DNA from: a virus
Taxonomy: Duplodnaviria; Caudoviricetes
Direction: 5' to 3' (one strand)
Virus record (IMG/VR): IMGVR_UViG_3300049170_000121
Coordinates: 1 to 49,046 of that record
Length of the DNA stretch: 49,046 nucleotides
Each line of letters begins with the position of its first letter. Positions within the stretch are counted from its first letter, which is position 1. Under the pieces are notes generated by a model. That model saw only the letters and a program-made list of their open reading frames with translations, did not search any database and had not been told where the DNA came from. Made by a program: the position numbers and the translations under genes. Positions 25,343 to 34,845 of this stretch are shown here, one piece after another.

Positions 25343-25667
25343 TGAAAATCCCCTTCAGGTCGGTGTCCGCGACAAGGCGGTACTGCTTGCCGTCATCGCC
25401 CTCAACTTCGGTGCCGGCGTAGCGCTGGAACAGCACCACAGTGCCGCTGCTGGGGGCTTCAACAGCCTCCCAGTCGCCGCCCTTGAAGGCCATTGGCGAC
25501 ACGTCCACGATCCGGCCCCGCTCAGAGGCGCTGTTCTCGCGCTCGGTGTGCTTGGTCGGCAGGATAATGCCGCCAGCGGTCACCTCCTCCAGTACGTCAA
25601 GCGCCACCAGCACGTTGTAGCCGACGGGCTTCAGCCCCGGCTTGCAGTCTTCAAGTTTCGGTATCAT
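25335..25667 (-). CDS. groES: Phage-encoded co-chaperonin GroES (Cpn10)
   Basis: LKPVGYNVLV, EEVTAGGIILP mobile loop, VLFQRYAGTEV..DGKQYRLV.D.DL. Confidence 0.88.
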   Translation of the reverse strand: MIPKLEDCKPGLKPVGYNVLVALDVLEEVTAGGIILPTKHTERENSASERGRIVDVSPMAFKGGDWEAVEAPSSGTVVLFQRYAGTEVEGDDGKQYRLVADTDLKGIFNG

Positions 25668-25887
25668 TGATCGCCTTCCAATCTGCGAAGGAACTCTCAG
25701 GCAAGGCAAGGTAGCAGTCGGCCCGCACCCGCGCTTCATTCAGAAGCAACGGATCAAGGTCACCCTCCCACGCCATTTCCGCCCATTTGGCTTTCTGGGC
25801 CGCCGCCTGCTTGTTCATGCAGGCAACCACCCACTCGGTTACGGGGTGGCCCAGCCAATCCCGATAGTCTTCCTCGTCAGGTTGCAC
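25651..25887 (-). CDS. Hypothetical protein after portal
   Basis: DWLGHPVT motif; overlaps both neighbours. Confidence 0.7.
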   Translation of the reverse strand: MQPDEEDYRDWLGHPVTEWVVACMNKQAAAQKAKWAEMAWEGDLDPLLLNEARVRADCYLALPESSFADWKAINDTET

Positions 25888-27919
25888 CGGCGTTCACCCC
25901 CGCTTCAAAGGCGGTAATCTCGGCCTTCGCCTGATCGACCGCCAGTTTGCCGGCATCAACCGCACCGTCCTGCTGAAGCTTGGCGAAGTCGAACTGCACC
26001 TTTGCGCTGGCGGCCTGGCCCTGCATTTGGTCCTTGAAGGCCTTGGCCTCCTTGCCCTTGATCGTGGCGGCGGCATCGGCCTGCTGGATCTGCGCGGCCA
26101 TCGGGTCAGGCGGGGGCAGCAGCTTGTCGATGTCCTCCACGTCCGCTGCCTCGTAAACCCGGCGCAGAGCCTCCTTGGGGTCTCCTCCGACCGCCGCCAG
26201 TTGCTCCACCGTCCCCATCAGGAACTGAGCGCGGGCCATCTTCTGCATCTTGGTGACGCTGGACGGGTCGGAGATTGGGCGGATGTCCATATCCGAACCG
26301 TTGAAGTCGGTCTCAAAGTTGGCCGCTGGATCGTCCAGCAGTTCGATGTAATCGCGCGCAGCTTGCTCATCGGTGTACTTGGCGATGTTGTCGAACAGCA
26401 GCGCAAACTCGCCCTTCAGGCCACGGTAAATCCGCTTGTAGATGGCCGTGAACACTTGCAGGCCCTGCTCGATCATCGCCAGGGTCGTGCCCACCTGCCC
26501 CATGTTGGAGGCGTCACCAGACAGAACGTCCTTGATCGAGGCGATGTCCTTCGCCGCGCCAAGAATGAGGTCGAGCAACTGAAACATGACCGGGGACAAC
26601 TGCGGTGTGGTGCGCTCGTAGATGCCCTCGCGCAGCGCAGAGCCTTGCACCGGCACCGTCTTATACTCGCCGGGGCGGAAGCGTAGCGACGAGCTTTGCC
26701 CCTGCCCTTGAATGCGCAGGCCCGAACCGATGAACCCGCCGCCGGCCGTGGCCGCATGGTTGGCGTCAATCATCTGGTTTATGATCGTGTTCACCACCGC
26801 GCCGTACTGGTCAAGGAGATGGGCCAGCCCGATATTGTAGAACTTGCCCTCGGGGTGCGGCAGGAACTCGTATTTCACATAGAACTTGCGGCGTTCGATA
26901 TAGGCCACACGGCCATCCACCATCTTGACCTGTTCGGGGCCGAAGTCCGGCACCACCCGCAGAATCTTGCGCTCCTTGTGATCGACCGTCACGATGTACG
27001 GCTCGGCCATACCGTCCCCGTCGAGGTCGAAGTGGCATTGCTGCTCGATCAGCAACCGCGCGTCCTTCTCCTCCGGGTCAAGGTCGATCTCGCGATACTT
27101 GCCGGTGGCGATGTCGCGCTTGATGTGGAACGGGTAGACGCCGTCGATCTCTTCGGTGATCTGCGGCGCGTCTTCCAGCGTCTTGGCGTCGTTGTTGACC
27201 ACCAGCTTAAGCGCCGGCACGAAGCGCGAATTGTGCCTCCCGCCATACCACACTTTGCGGAACGCACAGCCAATGGCGGCGATCTGCGCCAGCATGGCGT
27301 CGGTCTCACCCTCCCAATCGCCCATGCGATAGAAAAGCTGGTAATTCATATAGTCGCGGACGCGGGCCGCACGCTTGGCCTTGGCCCCAGGCTCGCGCCG
27401 CCACATCGGCTCGGGCTGGGCCCCTTCGGGTAGTGGTACGAGGCCTTGCGGGGTCATCACCGCCGGGCCTTGCGGCGTCGGCACCACGGGCATCCCCTGC
27501 ACCTGCATGACGGGCTGGCCGTCCGGCCCCATGACCGGCATCCCGTTATCCGCACCGACCACCTTGCAGCTTACCGCCTCGTCACCCTTGACGATTGCGG
27601 GGTACGAGCGGGCGTTGAACTGCATCACAGCATAAGGGAGCAGCGGATAGTGGACGTTGCTCGCCCCCTTCCACGGGTAGTCCTTTTCCTCCCAGTCGCA
27701 ACGCGCCATGTCCTTGAGCGCTCTTTCAGCGACCTTGGACCAATCCTCCCGGCTGCGCTTGTCGCGTTCGTAATTCTCACACACCTCGTCAGCCAGGCTG
27801 GCCAGAGCGGTGTCCTCAACCAGCGAGGAGATGTCCCCATCGGCTTCGGCGAACTGCATCAGCAATTCAATAGCCTCAAGCGTGGGCGTCGGCCCCTCTG
27901 TGGCGGTCTCTTCGTCCAT
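25877..27919 (-). CDS. Portal protein
   Basis: 680 aa after TerL; YPWKGASNVHYPLL, GCAFRKVWY, INQMIDA, TTLAMIEQGLQVFTAIYKRIYR. Confidence 0.9.
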   Translation of the reverse strand: MDEETATEGPTPTLEAIELLMQFAEADGDISSLVEDTALASLADEVCENYERDKRSREDWSKVAERALKDMARCDWEEKDYPWKGASNVHYPLLPYAVMQFNARSYPAIVKGDEAVSCKVVGADNGMPVMGPDGQPVMQVQGMPVVPTPQGPAVMTPQGLVPLPEGAQPEPMWRREPGAKAKRAARVRDYMNYQLFYRMGDWEGETDAMLAQIAAIGCAFRKVWYGGRHNSRFVPALKLVVNNDAKTLEDAPQITEEIDGVYPFHIKRDIATGKYREIDLDPEEKDARLLIEQQCHFDLDGDGMAEPYIVTVDHKERKILRVVPDFGPEQVKMVDGRVAYIERRKFYVKYEFLPHPEGKFYNIGLAHLLDQYGAVVNTIINQMIDANHAATAGGGFIGSGLRIQGQGQSSSLRFRPGEYKTVPVQGSALREGIYERTTPQLSPVMFQLLDLILGAAKDIASIKDVLSGDASNMGQVGTTLAMIEQGLQVFTAIYKRIYRGLKGEFALLFDNIAKYTDEQAARDYIELLDDPAANFETDFNGSDMDIRPISDPSSVTKMQKMARAQFLMGTVEQLAAVGGDPKEALRRVYEAADVEDIDKLLPPPDPMAAQIQQADAAATIKGKEAKAFKDQMQGQAASAKVQFDFAKLQQDGAVDAGKLAVDQAKAEITAFEAGVNAGAT

Positions 27920-27927
27920 GCCGCCTC

Positions 27928-29493
27928 CTAGTACCCGGTTACGCTGCTGCGGCCGTAGTCGTCAGCCTCTTCAAAGTCGGCACTCGCCGCGATGGGTATC
28001 GCAAACGTCAGCGCCGCAGCGTCCCCGAGGTCGGGCGAAAAGCCCAGGCGCTCGCGGATGCTGTCCTTCGGTTCGAGGACCAGTTCGTTGTTCGATTTGT
28101 AGCGGGTCTTGCCCTTCTCCCAGATGGGGGAGGTCAGGTCCGCATGTAGCTCGTCAAGGTCGGGGATCTGCACCTCCCCACCCATCCAGTCGCGCATGAC
28201 ATCCCACATCTCAGCGCGCCGGTTGTCGTATAGCTCGTCACCGGTCGGCCCCACTCCGATGGGGGATGAGCCAAAGTTCACCGCGTTGACGCAGTAGCCG
28301 TAGCCCAGCTCAAGCAGCCTATCGACCACACCGGCACCAAGGCCGCCGACATCGACATTTACCGCAGCGGGCCTGTACTTCTTGATGATGCCGACCACAT
28401 GGCCGACCGTCACCATCGTGTCGTCAAAGTCCCACGTGGCGCAGATGTTGTGCCCCAGCTTGCGCCCGATCCGATCAATAACGCCCGTCTTGTCGCCGCC
28501 GCCACGCGCCGGGTCCACGCCGATAATCAGTGCGCCCTGCGGGATGACCTTACGAACCCTCGCCATCGCCACATTCGCTGACGGGATGAAGCTGTTGCCG
28601 GCCGTCTGGAACGCCTCGTCAGCGTTGGCCGGATACTCCTGCTTGAACTTCCAACACGGCTCGTCTTCGGATTGCCCCGTGGCCGTCGCCATGTCGCGGT
28701 TCTTCAAGTACGCCCAATAAAGCTGATCGCGCTCCAGCTTGTTGGCGATCTCATATTCCGCCCACTTCTTGCCGGGCTCCCAATCCTCGGGAACATCCTT
28801 GCGATAGCCGTCATCCCAGAACCACGGCATGAACACCGCAATGTCCTCACTCGCCCCCCGCTCAGCAGCCTTGTAGCGCCGCTGATAGACGTTGCCGATG
28901 CCGTTGGCCGTGGACTCGAATATGCGCTCCGTGCCCGGTGTGTCGGACTGCGCCTGCTCCAACCCGGCAACATGGTCCTCTGCATTAGGCCAGAAGCCCA
29001 CCTCAGAGCCGTGGAACAGTTGGATGGTGCTTGACCGCCCAACCTCCTTCGTCCCCGCCGTAGCGACAGCATACGAGCACTCCCGGCCCGCAAACACCAG
29101 TTCCTTGGCGTTAGCCGCTGCGGTTTCATGCCTGGCCCAGTCTGGAGCTAACTCGTGATACCGCTTGGTCATCTTGAACAGGTTATCAGTGGCCGCCTGC
29201 TCGTGTGTCAGGATGAAGGCGTTCAAACCCTTCGATCCCCACATGCGCCAGTAGAACCGTCCCTGCAAATACGTCGAGCAGCCCATCTGCCGACCCTTGC
29301 AGATGATCGCCCGGACCTTGCCGGTCTTGCGCCTCTGCGCCTCCAGCTTGTCGTGGAGATGCCGCTGCGCCTTGTTCAACTCGAACGGCACCACCTTGCC
29401 CGACTTGGTGCGGATCTTGAGGCAGTGCTTGGCAAAATATGTGAAGTCGTCGCGCAGCCGCTTGAGCTTGTCGCGGTCGAACTCAATCGTCAT
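27928..29493 (-). CDS. terL: Terminase large subunit
   Basis: KGRQMGCST Walker A, LFHGSEV Walker B, ESTANG, FKQEYP, GVDPARGGGD, SPDLGDA. Confidence 0.93.
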   Translation of the reverse strand: MTIEFDRDKLKRLRDDFTYFAKHCLKIRTKSGKVVPFELNKAQRHLHDKLEAQRRKTGKVRAIICKGRQMGCSTYLQGRFYWRMWGSKGLNAFILTHEQAATDNLFKMTKRYHELAPDWARHETAAANAKELVFAGRECSYAVATAGTKEVGRSSTIQLFHGSEVGFWPNAEDHVAGLEQAQSDTPGTERIFESTANGIGNVYQRRYKAAERGASEDIAVFMPWFWDDGYRKDVPEDWEPGKKWAEYEIANKLERDQLYWAYLKNRDMATATGQSEDEPCWKFKQEYPANADEAFQTAGNSFIPSANVAMARVRKVIPQGALIIGVDPARGGGDKTGVIDRIGRKLGHNICATWDFDDTMVTVGHVVGIIKKYRPAAVNVDVGGLGAGVVDRLLELGYGYCVNAVNFGSSPIGVGPTGDELYDNRRAEMWDVMRDWMGGEVQIPDLDELHADLTSPIWEKGKTRYKSNNELVLEPKDSIRERLGFSPDLGDAAALTFAIPIAASADFEEADDYGRSSVTGY

Positions 29494-29866
29494 CGTCTAG
29501 CGCATCCAGCGCCGAGCCGAGATCCACCCTCCCGCTATGCTCAACCTTATCTGTGAACATCTTCAGGTGGCGGCCAAGAAGCTCGTAGCCCTTGAGGGCG
29601 GCCTGCGGGTTGCCCTCCTCGCCCGCCGAAGCACACCGCTCCGTTACCGTGCGGATACCGTCGAGCACATAATCCGAGGTGATCGCGGTCCTTTCGGAGC
29701 GGGCGTCCATCGCAGCTTGTACGGCCATAGAGACCTTAACATTGCTCAACAGTCGTGAACCCTGCTGCTCCGCCGTCTTCGCGCTGTAGCCTGCGCGTAC
29801 GGCGGCCTGTGTGGCGTTCAGGTCTATCAGGTACTCACGAACGAACTGTTCCTGTTTAGGTGTCAT
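29483..29866 (-). CDS. terS: Terminase small subunit
   Basis: MTPKQEQFVREYLIDLNATQAAVRAGYSAKTA. Confidence 0.93.
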   Translation of the reverse strand: MTPKQEQFVREYLIDLNATQAAVRAGYSAKTAEQQGSRLLSNVKVSMAVQAAMDARSERTAITSDYVLDGIRTVTERCASAGEEGNPQAALKGYELLGRHLKMFTDKVEHSGRVDLGSALDALDDDD

Positions 29867-30016
29867 TTGTAAGCCTCCATTCTGAGGCACTGGTTTCATT
29901 CGCCGTCGCTGCGGATCTCTTGTGGGTTGCAGATCGGGCAATCATCAATCGGACACGGCACCAAGCCTATGTCGCGGAACACGCAGCCGCAGCTTGTCGT
30001 CACCTTCGCGCGCCTG

Positions 30017-30256
30017 TTACTCATCGCGATCCTCGATTATCTCTTGCAGCAGCATCGTGGCGTCGCGGAAGTCGCCAGCTTGAAACCCCACGATGTCGGG
30101 CAGCGTTAGCGGCTCGTCGTCGGGCCCCTGCAGATCCACAGGGACGTCATCCTCACCGTAGCAATGTGGCTCGGTCAGGCGCTTGATGGCGTAAGCTGCG
30201 GTTAGTCCGGTAATGGCGGCGATCAGGACAGAGGCGAGAGGCCAGTCCATCCGCAT
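30017..30256 (-). CDS. Small membrane protein
   Basis: GAGGAGG SD, N-terminal TM, acidic tail. Confidence 0.55.
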   Translation of the reverse strand: MRMDWPLASVLIAAITGLTAAYAIKRLTEPHCYGEDDVPVDLQGPDDEPLTLPDIVGFQAGDFRDATMLLQEIIEDRDE

Positions 30257-30525
30257 CACCCCTCCTCGTCAAACATGCTGTGCGTCTGTGCGTCGATCCT
30301 TGCTTGTACCGCTGCCCATGCTGCGTCCGTGTGCGCTCTGGCCTCTGCCAAGCCTTGCAGCGCAACCTTGAGCTTGCTCATCGGGTTGGGCCTTGGCCGT
30401 GCCTTGCTGGGCTTGCGTAGGTGGTGCCGGCAGTCCTTCACGTCCTCACGCGCGGCAGCCTCGACGTTACGGCATAGCCCAAGGTGTTCGATCAGCTCGT
30501 CTAGCTGGTCGCGCGTGGCGTACAT
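30256..30525 (-). CDS. Hypothetical protein
   Basis: GAGGT SD before ATG 30525. Confidence 0.55.
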   Translation of the reverse strand: MYATRDQLDELIEHLGLCRNVEAAAREDVKDCRHHLRKPSKARPRPNPMSKLKVALQGLAEARAHTDAAWAAVQARIDAQTHSMFDEEG

Positions 30526-30600
30526 GAGGCAGCACCTCAATAAACCCCGCGCCGGATTGCTCTAGCGCGGGAGGCTGGCAAGGGAGGAACCAGCCTGTAA

Positions 30601-30705
30601 CTAGGTGAGCAGCCAAACTATGCCGCCGCCGAGGCTGGCACACACTAGGCCGAAGCATCCAAGCATCCGAAGCATCTCACCGGGGCCGGGGAACTGTGGA
30701 AGCAT
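30601..30705 (-). CDS. 34-aa hydrophobic peptide
   Basis: MLPQFPGPGEMLRMLGCFGLVCASLGGGIVWLLT; GGAGGT SD 5 nt upstream; below ORF-track cutoff. Confidence 0.55.
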   Translation of the reverse strand: MLPQFPGPGEMLRMLGCFGLVCASLGGGIVWLLT

Positions 30706-30855
30706 GGCTCACCTCCAATTAATCCCGACCGACTCTTGCCGATATCACCTGTGGCAGATGCCTGGATTTCGTGAGGTCAGGTCGGGTCCGCCGGAGCGGA
30801 TTCAAGTAGCCCGCCATGGTGCGCATCGTGGAGAGGCGTGGCGGGCTTTCTAACG

Positions 30856-30881
30856 AAAAAACCCCGCCGGTTAGGGCGAGG
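30856..30881 (-). terminator. Intrinsic terminator in late leader (tR'-like)
   Basis: Minus strand CCTCGCC-CTAACC-GGCGGGG-TTTTTT. Confidence 0.7.
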
Positions 30882-30961
30882 CTCCGCCGAACTGAGAGCA
30901 GCCCGGCATCCGATGGTAACCCGCAAGCCTTAGCCCAGGGCGCATCTCTAAACAATAATTC

Positions 30962-30990
30962 CCCTTATCAGTTATCCCGTAATCTGTCAA
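30962..30990 (-). promoter_or_regulatory. Candidate late promoter (pR'-like)
   Basis: Perfect TTGACA, 17-nt spacer, weak TAAGGG -10; upstream of the packaging operon. Confidence 0.5.
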
Positions 30991-31004
30991 GCGGGCCTGC
31001 GAAC

Positions 31005-31241
31005 TTATTTTCGCAGGTGCTCGCCGACTTCGATCAGCTCGGCCATCTCGCGGCAGGCGTTGTGTTTTGCGAAATGGACCGTGCTTATCATTGAGCAGTC
31101 ATTCAGGCGCTTGACGTTCTCCTCTGTCCACGGATTGCGGCGCAAAAGCTGGTCCATAAGGTAACCGTCCTGGCAGATCTCAAAGTTCACCTCCTCATAG
31201 CGCCGGATAAACTCCACGATGCGTTTCGTATCCTCGTTCAT
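31005..31241 (-). CDS. Hypothetical protein
   Basis: ATGA-coupled to upstream gene. Confidence 0.6.
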   Translation of the reverse strand: MNEDTKRIVEFIRRYEEVNFEICQDGYLMDQLLRRNPWTEENVKRLNDCSMISTVHFAKHNACREMAELIEVGEHLRK

Positions 31242-31834
31242 ATCCCGATCTCCTTTGCCAGCCTGTCCGCAGCCTCCTGAAGCTCATACAGCGCGATCCG
31301 GTGCGCCATCTTGCGTGGCTCATACCAGCGGACGATCTTGCCGCCCTGCGCCAGCCTCTCGCGCATCACAGACCCGCTCCGTTCCATTGCCCACTGACTG
31401 ACGCTTATCTCGCGGACGCAGATCGCATGGGCGATGTCCTTGAGGTTCTGGTGCTCCAGCGCCTTCATCAGCAAGCCAAGTTCGATCCGCATACGGACCC
31501 CGAAGTGCGGCAACCCCTCCCCCGTGCCATAGACCGAGAAGTCGATGTTCGACTTGATCTCGGATCGCTCGGCAGCGTTGGCGATGTCGGCATAGCGAGC
31601 GAGGCCCTGGAACTGCCGCTCGTTGATCTTCCCGGTCGAGTACAGTGTCTCGATGGGCGGGATGACCTTGACCGCCGGGCCTGCGCTGCGGAAGTCGTTG
31701 AAGGTCTCGCGCTCGATTGTCGCCTTCAACTTGCCCTCAACATCGTTGGCCGGTGGCGGAAGCACCGCCGCCTTGATCTTCGTGCTGATGCGCTGTGTCC
31801 GGCGCTTCGCTGCTTTGGTTCTCGCCTTGCCCAT
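31238..31834 (-). CDS. Putative late-gene regulator (Q position)
   Basis: GGGAG SD before ATG 31834; IETLYSTGKINERQF; sits between replication genes and the late promoter. Confidence 0.5.
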   Translation of the reverse strand: MGKARTKAAKRRTQRISTKIKAAVLPPPANDVEGKLKATIERETFNDFRSAGPAVKVIPPIETLYSTGKINERQFQGLARYADIANAAERSEIKSNIDFSVYGTGEGLPHFGVRMRIELGLLMKALEHQNLKDIAHAICVREISVSQWAMERSGSVMRERLAQGGKIVRWYEPRKMAHRIALYELQEAADRLAKEIGI

Positions 31835-31851
31835 GACCCCACTCCCGTCCG

Positions 31852-31998
31852 TTAGAATATACCAGACAATTCGGTCCACGCCTTCGCCCAATCGGGCCTT
31901 AACCCCAAGTATTCCCCAGATTTCCACCGTTCTCGCATCTCTGCTCTTGTGAACCGGCCCCCGTGCAGATCGCACAGGAACTTGGTGGATACGCTCAC
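31852..31998 (-). CDS. Small hypothetical protein (48 aa, MSVSTKFLCD...)
   Basis: Read by hand; GTGA overlap with primase stop. Confidence 0.45.
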   Translation of the reverse strand: MSVSTKFLCDLHGGRFTRAEMRERWKSGEYLGLRPDWAKAWTELSGIF

Positions 31999-32900
31999 GC
32001 GACATCACTATCGGCCCAGTCGCGCCCGACCTGTTCGGGAATGTGGACCTGAACACTTAGGCCGAGCCGTCCCGCTAGTTTGTGCGCCAGTTGGAACGCT
32101 GCCGCCTGCCCGCCGAACTTGGCGTCTGCATCCCCGAAGATCAGCACCTCGCTAACCCCTGCCGGCGGCTCCCACTTGCCCAGCATCGTGGAGTTGATCG
32201 CGCTCCACACCGGCACCCCGAACTTGGCCGCCGCAGCAAAGGCCGTCTCGATACCCTCGGCAATACCGAGCCGTTCACCGTGAACCGGGAACAGTCGCAC
32301 CGCCGATCCGGTGGGCAGCTCGCCCGGCATCATCGCGCGGGGGTTGTCCATCTCGGCTTTGCCATCGGGGCCGAGGAACGTGCGGTGGATATTGGCCGCG
32401 CTGCCGTCCGGCTTCTGCACCAGCGCCAGCAACGCGGGGCGCTTCACCCCGTCCGGTGCCGGGCACTCGGCGGCGAACCGCAGGCACCCCGGCAGCGACT
32501 TGGGCAGCCGCACCCGGCCCGTGAGGTAGGCGAACGCCGGGTCGCCAGATTCCAGCTTGGCAGAGGCGGTCCACAGCCGGTTGAGCATCGCCCGGCGGGC
32601 GTTGTCGTCCATCCTCGCCTTGGCCGGCTCGCGGTCCACGTTGCCGACAATCTCGTCCACGTTGCGCGCCGTGGTGGCGAAGTCCCACCCGTTGATCGCC
32701 ATCAGGAAATCGAACCCGTTGCCGGCCCCGCACTGGTTGCAGATGAACGAACCGGACCCGTCGCGATTGTCGAAGCGAAAGCGGTCCCTCCCCTCGCACA
32801 TTGGGCAGGGTCCGTGCTTGCCGCCGAGGAACTTCTGATCGACCCCGAGGGCGAGGAGGATTCCCCTCCACTTGCCCCGTGCTGCGTCTGCGGTTTTCAT
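31995..32900 (-). CDS. Primase (Zn-binding + TOPRIM)
   Basis: HGPCPMCEGRDRFRFD, CNQCGAGNG, IAEGIETA, IFGDAD, DWAD. Confidence 0.9.
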   Translation of the reverse strand: MKTADAARGKWRGILLALGVDQKFLGGKHGPCPMCEGRDRFRFDNRDGSGSFICNQCGAGNGFDFLMAINGWDFATTARNVDEIVGNVDREPAKARMDDNARRAMLNRLWTASAKLESGDPAFAYLTGRVRLPKSLPGCLRFAAECPAPDGVKRPALLALVQKPDGSAANIHRTFLGPDGKAEMDNPRAMMPGELPTGSAVRLFPVHGERLGIAEGIETAFAAAAKFGVPVWSAINSTMLGKWEPPAGVSEVLIFGDADAKFGGQAAAFQLAHKLAGRLGLSVQVHIPEQVGRDWADSDVA

Positions 32901-34372
32901 TTCGCGGCCCTCCGTTTGGCAAATCGGATGTCCTTGGCCTTCACCCACGAAAGCGTTTCCGGCGTTGGTTCCTTGACCGTGTCATCCAGCCCCCGAGGCC
33001 ACACCTTGAAACGATCCCGGTAGGCATGGGCCACCCAGCCCGTTGACCGCCCCCGGCTGAATGCGATGGCGCGAAGCTGCGAATAGAACTCCTGCTTGTC
33101 CGGCTTGGCCGCTTTGGGCTTCACCTCGACAAGCTCGCCCTCCTCGAACTCGATCTCCGATTGGCGCTCCGGTGCAAACCCGCAGGACGGGCACTCGCGG
33201 CCCGTCTTGAGCGTCCCGCATGAGGCGCACTCGGTCGGCATCCGCTCGCCCTTTTCCTTGAGGGTGGCAGGTGCCTTGTCCTTGCCAGTGAGCAGCGCCG
33301 GGTGGTGGATGTCGGTCACGAACCCGAGCCGCGCGTGGTTATCGCTATGGTCCAAAATCAGGCAGTCTAATTTTCCCGGTGCCGTGCGCAGGCCGCGCCC
33401 GATGCACTGGACGAACAGCATCTCCGACTTGGTGGGCCGGGCCATCACGATGCACCGGATGTCCGCGTCAACGCCCGTGGTCAGCGTGCCCACGTTGACG
33501 ATCCCTGCCAGCTCACCCCGAGCCAAGCGGGCGAACAGCAGTTGCCGCTCGATCAGGTCGGTGTGCGCTTCACAGTACCCCATCGCCACACCGGCAGCAG
33601 CGAACGCCGCTTGCAGCTTGCGGGCGTGGGCCAGGTCCACCGCGAACACCAGTGTCGGGCGGCGCTCGGCCCGTTGCAGCCATGTCTCGACCACATCGGC
33701 CACCAGCGTGCCCTCGCCCATGACTTCGGAAAGCTGGCCCTCGTTGTAGTCCCCTGCCAGCGTGCGAACGCCGCTCAGGTCGGGGTGCGAAGGGGCGAAC
33801 ACCCGGAAGGGCGAGAGGAACCCCGCGTCGATTAGCTCCTGCATCCGCACGGGGATGACCAGATCCTGCCAGTCGTCCGCCATGCCGCGTGCCCAAGGCG
33901 TTGCGGATAGGCCCACGAACACCTTGCCAGGGTCGCGCTTCATCCACTCGCCAATGACATCGAACCGCTTGTGGCACTCGTCCACCACGATGATGTCGGT
34001 ATCGAGCGAGAGCTTGCGCTGCGAGAGGGTTTGCACCGAGGCGACCTGTACGGGTGCCCCGTAGTCGGTGCGCGGGTGGTTGGCCTGGATAACCCCTATC
34101 CAGTCGATACCTTCCATCTCGAACGCTTCGACGGTCTGGTCGATTAGGCTGATTGCCGGAACGGTGAAGCAGACACGCTTGCCCTTGGCGAGCGCCCCCG
34201 TGACGATCTCGGCGGCGGTGCGGGTCTTGCCGGCACCCGTGGGCATCTGGAGCACGATCCGGCGATTGCCCCGCAGCAGGCTTTCGCGAAGCTGCGTCAT
34301 GGCCTTGGACTGGTGCGGGCGAAGCGGGCGCGGTTGGAACGGCGCATCCACGAACAGCGGGAGGGCGCTCAC
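32897..34372 (-). CDS. SF2 helicase (RadD/UvsW-like) with Zn ribbon
   Basis: PTGAGKT, DECH, LSATP, QCIGRGLR, CASC..CPSC. Confidence 0.92.
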   Translation of the reverse strand: MSALPLFVDAPFQPRPLRPHQSKAMTQLRESLLRGNRRIVLQMPTGAGKTRTAAEIVTGALAKGKRVCFTVPAISLIDQTVEAFEMEGIDWIGVIQANHPRTDYGAPVQVASVQTLSQRKLSLDTDIIVVDECHKRFDVIGEWMKRDPGKVFVGLSATPWARGMADDWQDLVIPVRMQELIDAGFLSPFRVFAPSHPDLSGVRTLAGDYNEGQLSEVMGEGTLVADVVETWLQRAERRPTLVFAVDLAHARKLQAAFAAAGVAMGYCEAHTDLIERQLLFARLARGELAGIVNVGTLTTGVDADIRCIVMARPTKSEMLFVQCIGRGLRTAPGKLDCLILDHSDNHARLGFVTDIHHPALLTGKDKAPATLKEKGERMPTECASCGTLKTGRECPSCGFAPERQSEIEFEEGELVEVKPKAAKPDKQEFYSQLRAIAFSRGRSTGWVAHAYRDRFKVWPRGLDDTVKEPTPETLSWVKAKDIRFAKRRAAK

Positions 34373-34845
34373 TTGCCACCGCCGATCACGCGAAAAGGCT
34401 TCTCGCCTATGTCAGCACTAGAACTGCTAGCTTGGAAAGGACCTCCACCTTCACCTTCACCTTCACCAAGGTGTAGATCGTTCGTACCTACGTTCGTTGT
34501 ACGTTCGTAGTTACCAACGCGGTCCTTTCGTAGAGCCACCGAAGCCCTCGCCTTGGCGCTTTTCTCGCGGACGTATTCCCACTCTTTCCGTAACCTTTTC
34601 TGGAAGATGCGGCCATTTTCTCGCGTCCATTGCGAGATGACAGGCCCGGCGATTTTGCGGAACTTGGCGGGGGTGATTTGCAGTATCCCCGCGAGCGCCT
34701 TCTCGTCGTCGGGGAGAGAACAATCTTCACTGTTCCACGCCTCGAAGATGAGCATCAAGAACAGACCGTGCTGCTCCAGCGTGAGCCGGAAGTTGTCCCG
34801 CAGATAGGCGTCGGGGAACACTGGTATGTGGCTAGGCTTGGTCAT
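34369..34845 (-). CDS. DUF1376 (YdaU-like) replication initiator-type protein
   Basis: PVFPDAYL....LTLEQHG...L....W....LPDD. Confidence 0.8.
   Translation of the reverse strand: MTKPSHIPVFPDAYLRDNFRLTLEQHGLFLMLIFEAWNSEDCSLPDDEKALAGILQITPAKFRKIAGPVISQWTRENGRIFQKRLRKEWEYVREKSAKARASVALRKDRVGNYERTTNVGTNDLHLGEGEGEGGGPFQASSSSADIGEKPFRVIGGGK

Noticed and set aside
31835-32056. N-terminal extension of ORF 31238-32056
   Set aside because: Overlaps the primase and a better-coupled 48-aa ORF; SD supports ATG 31834
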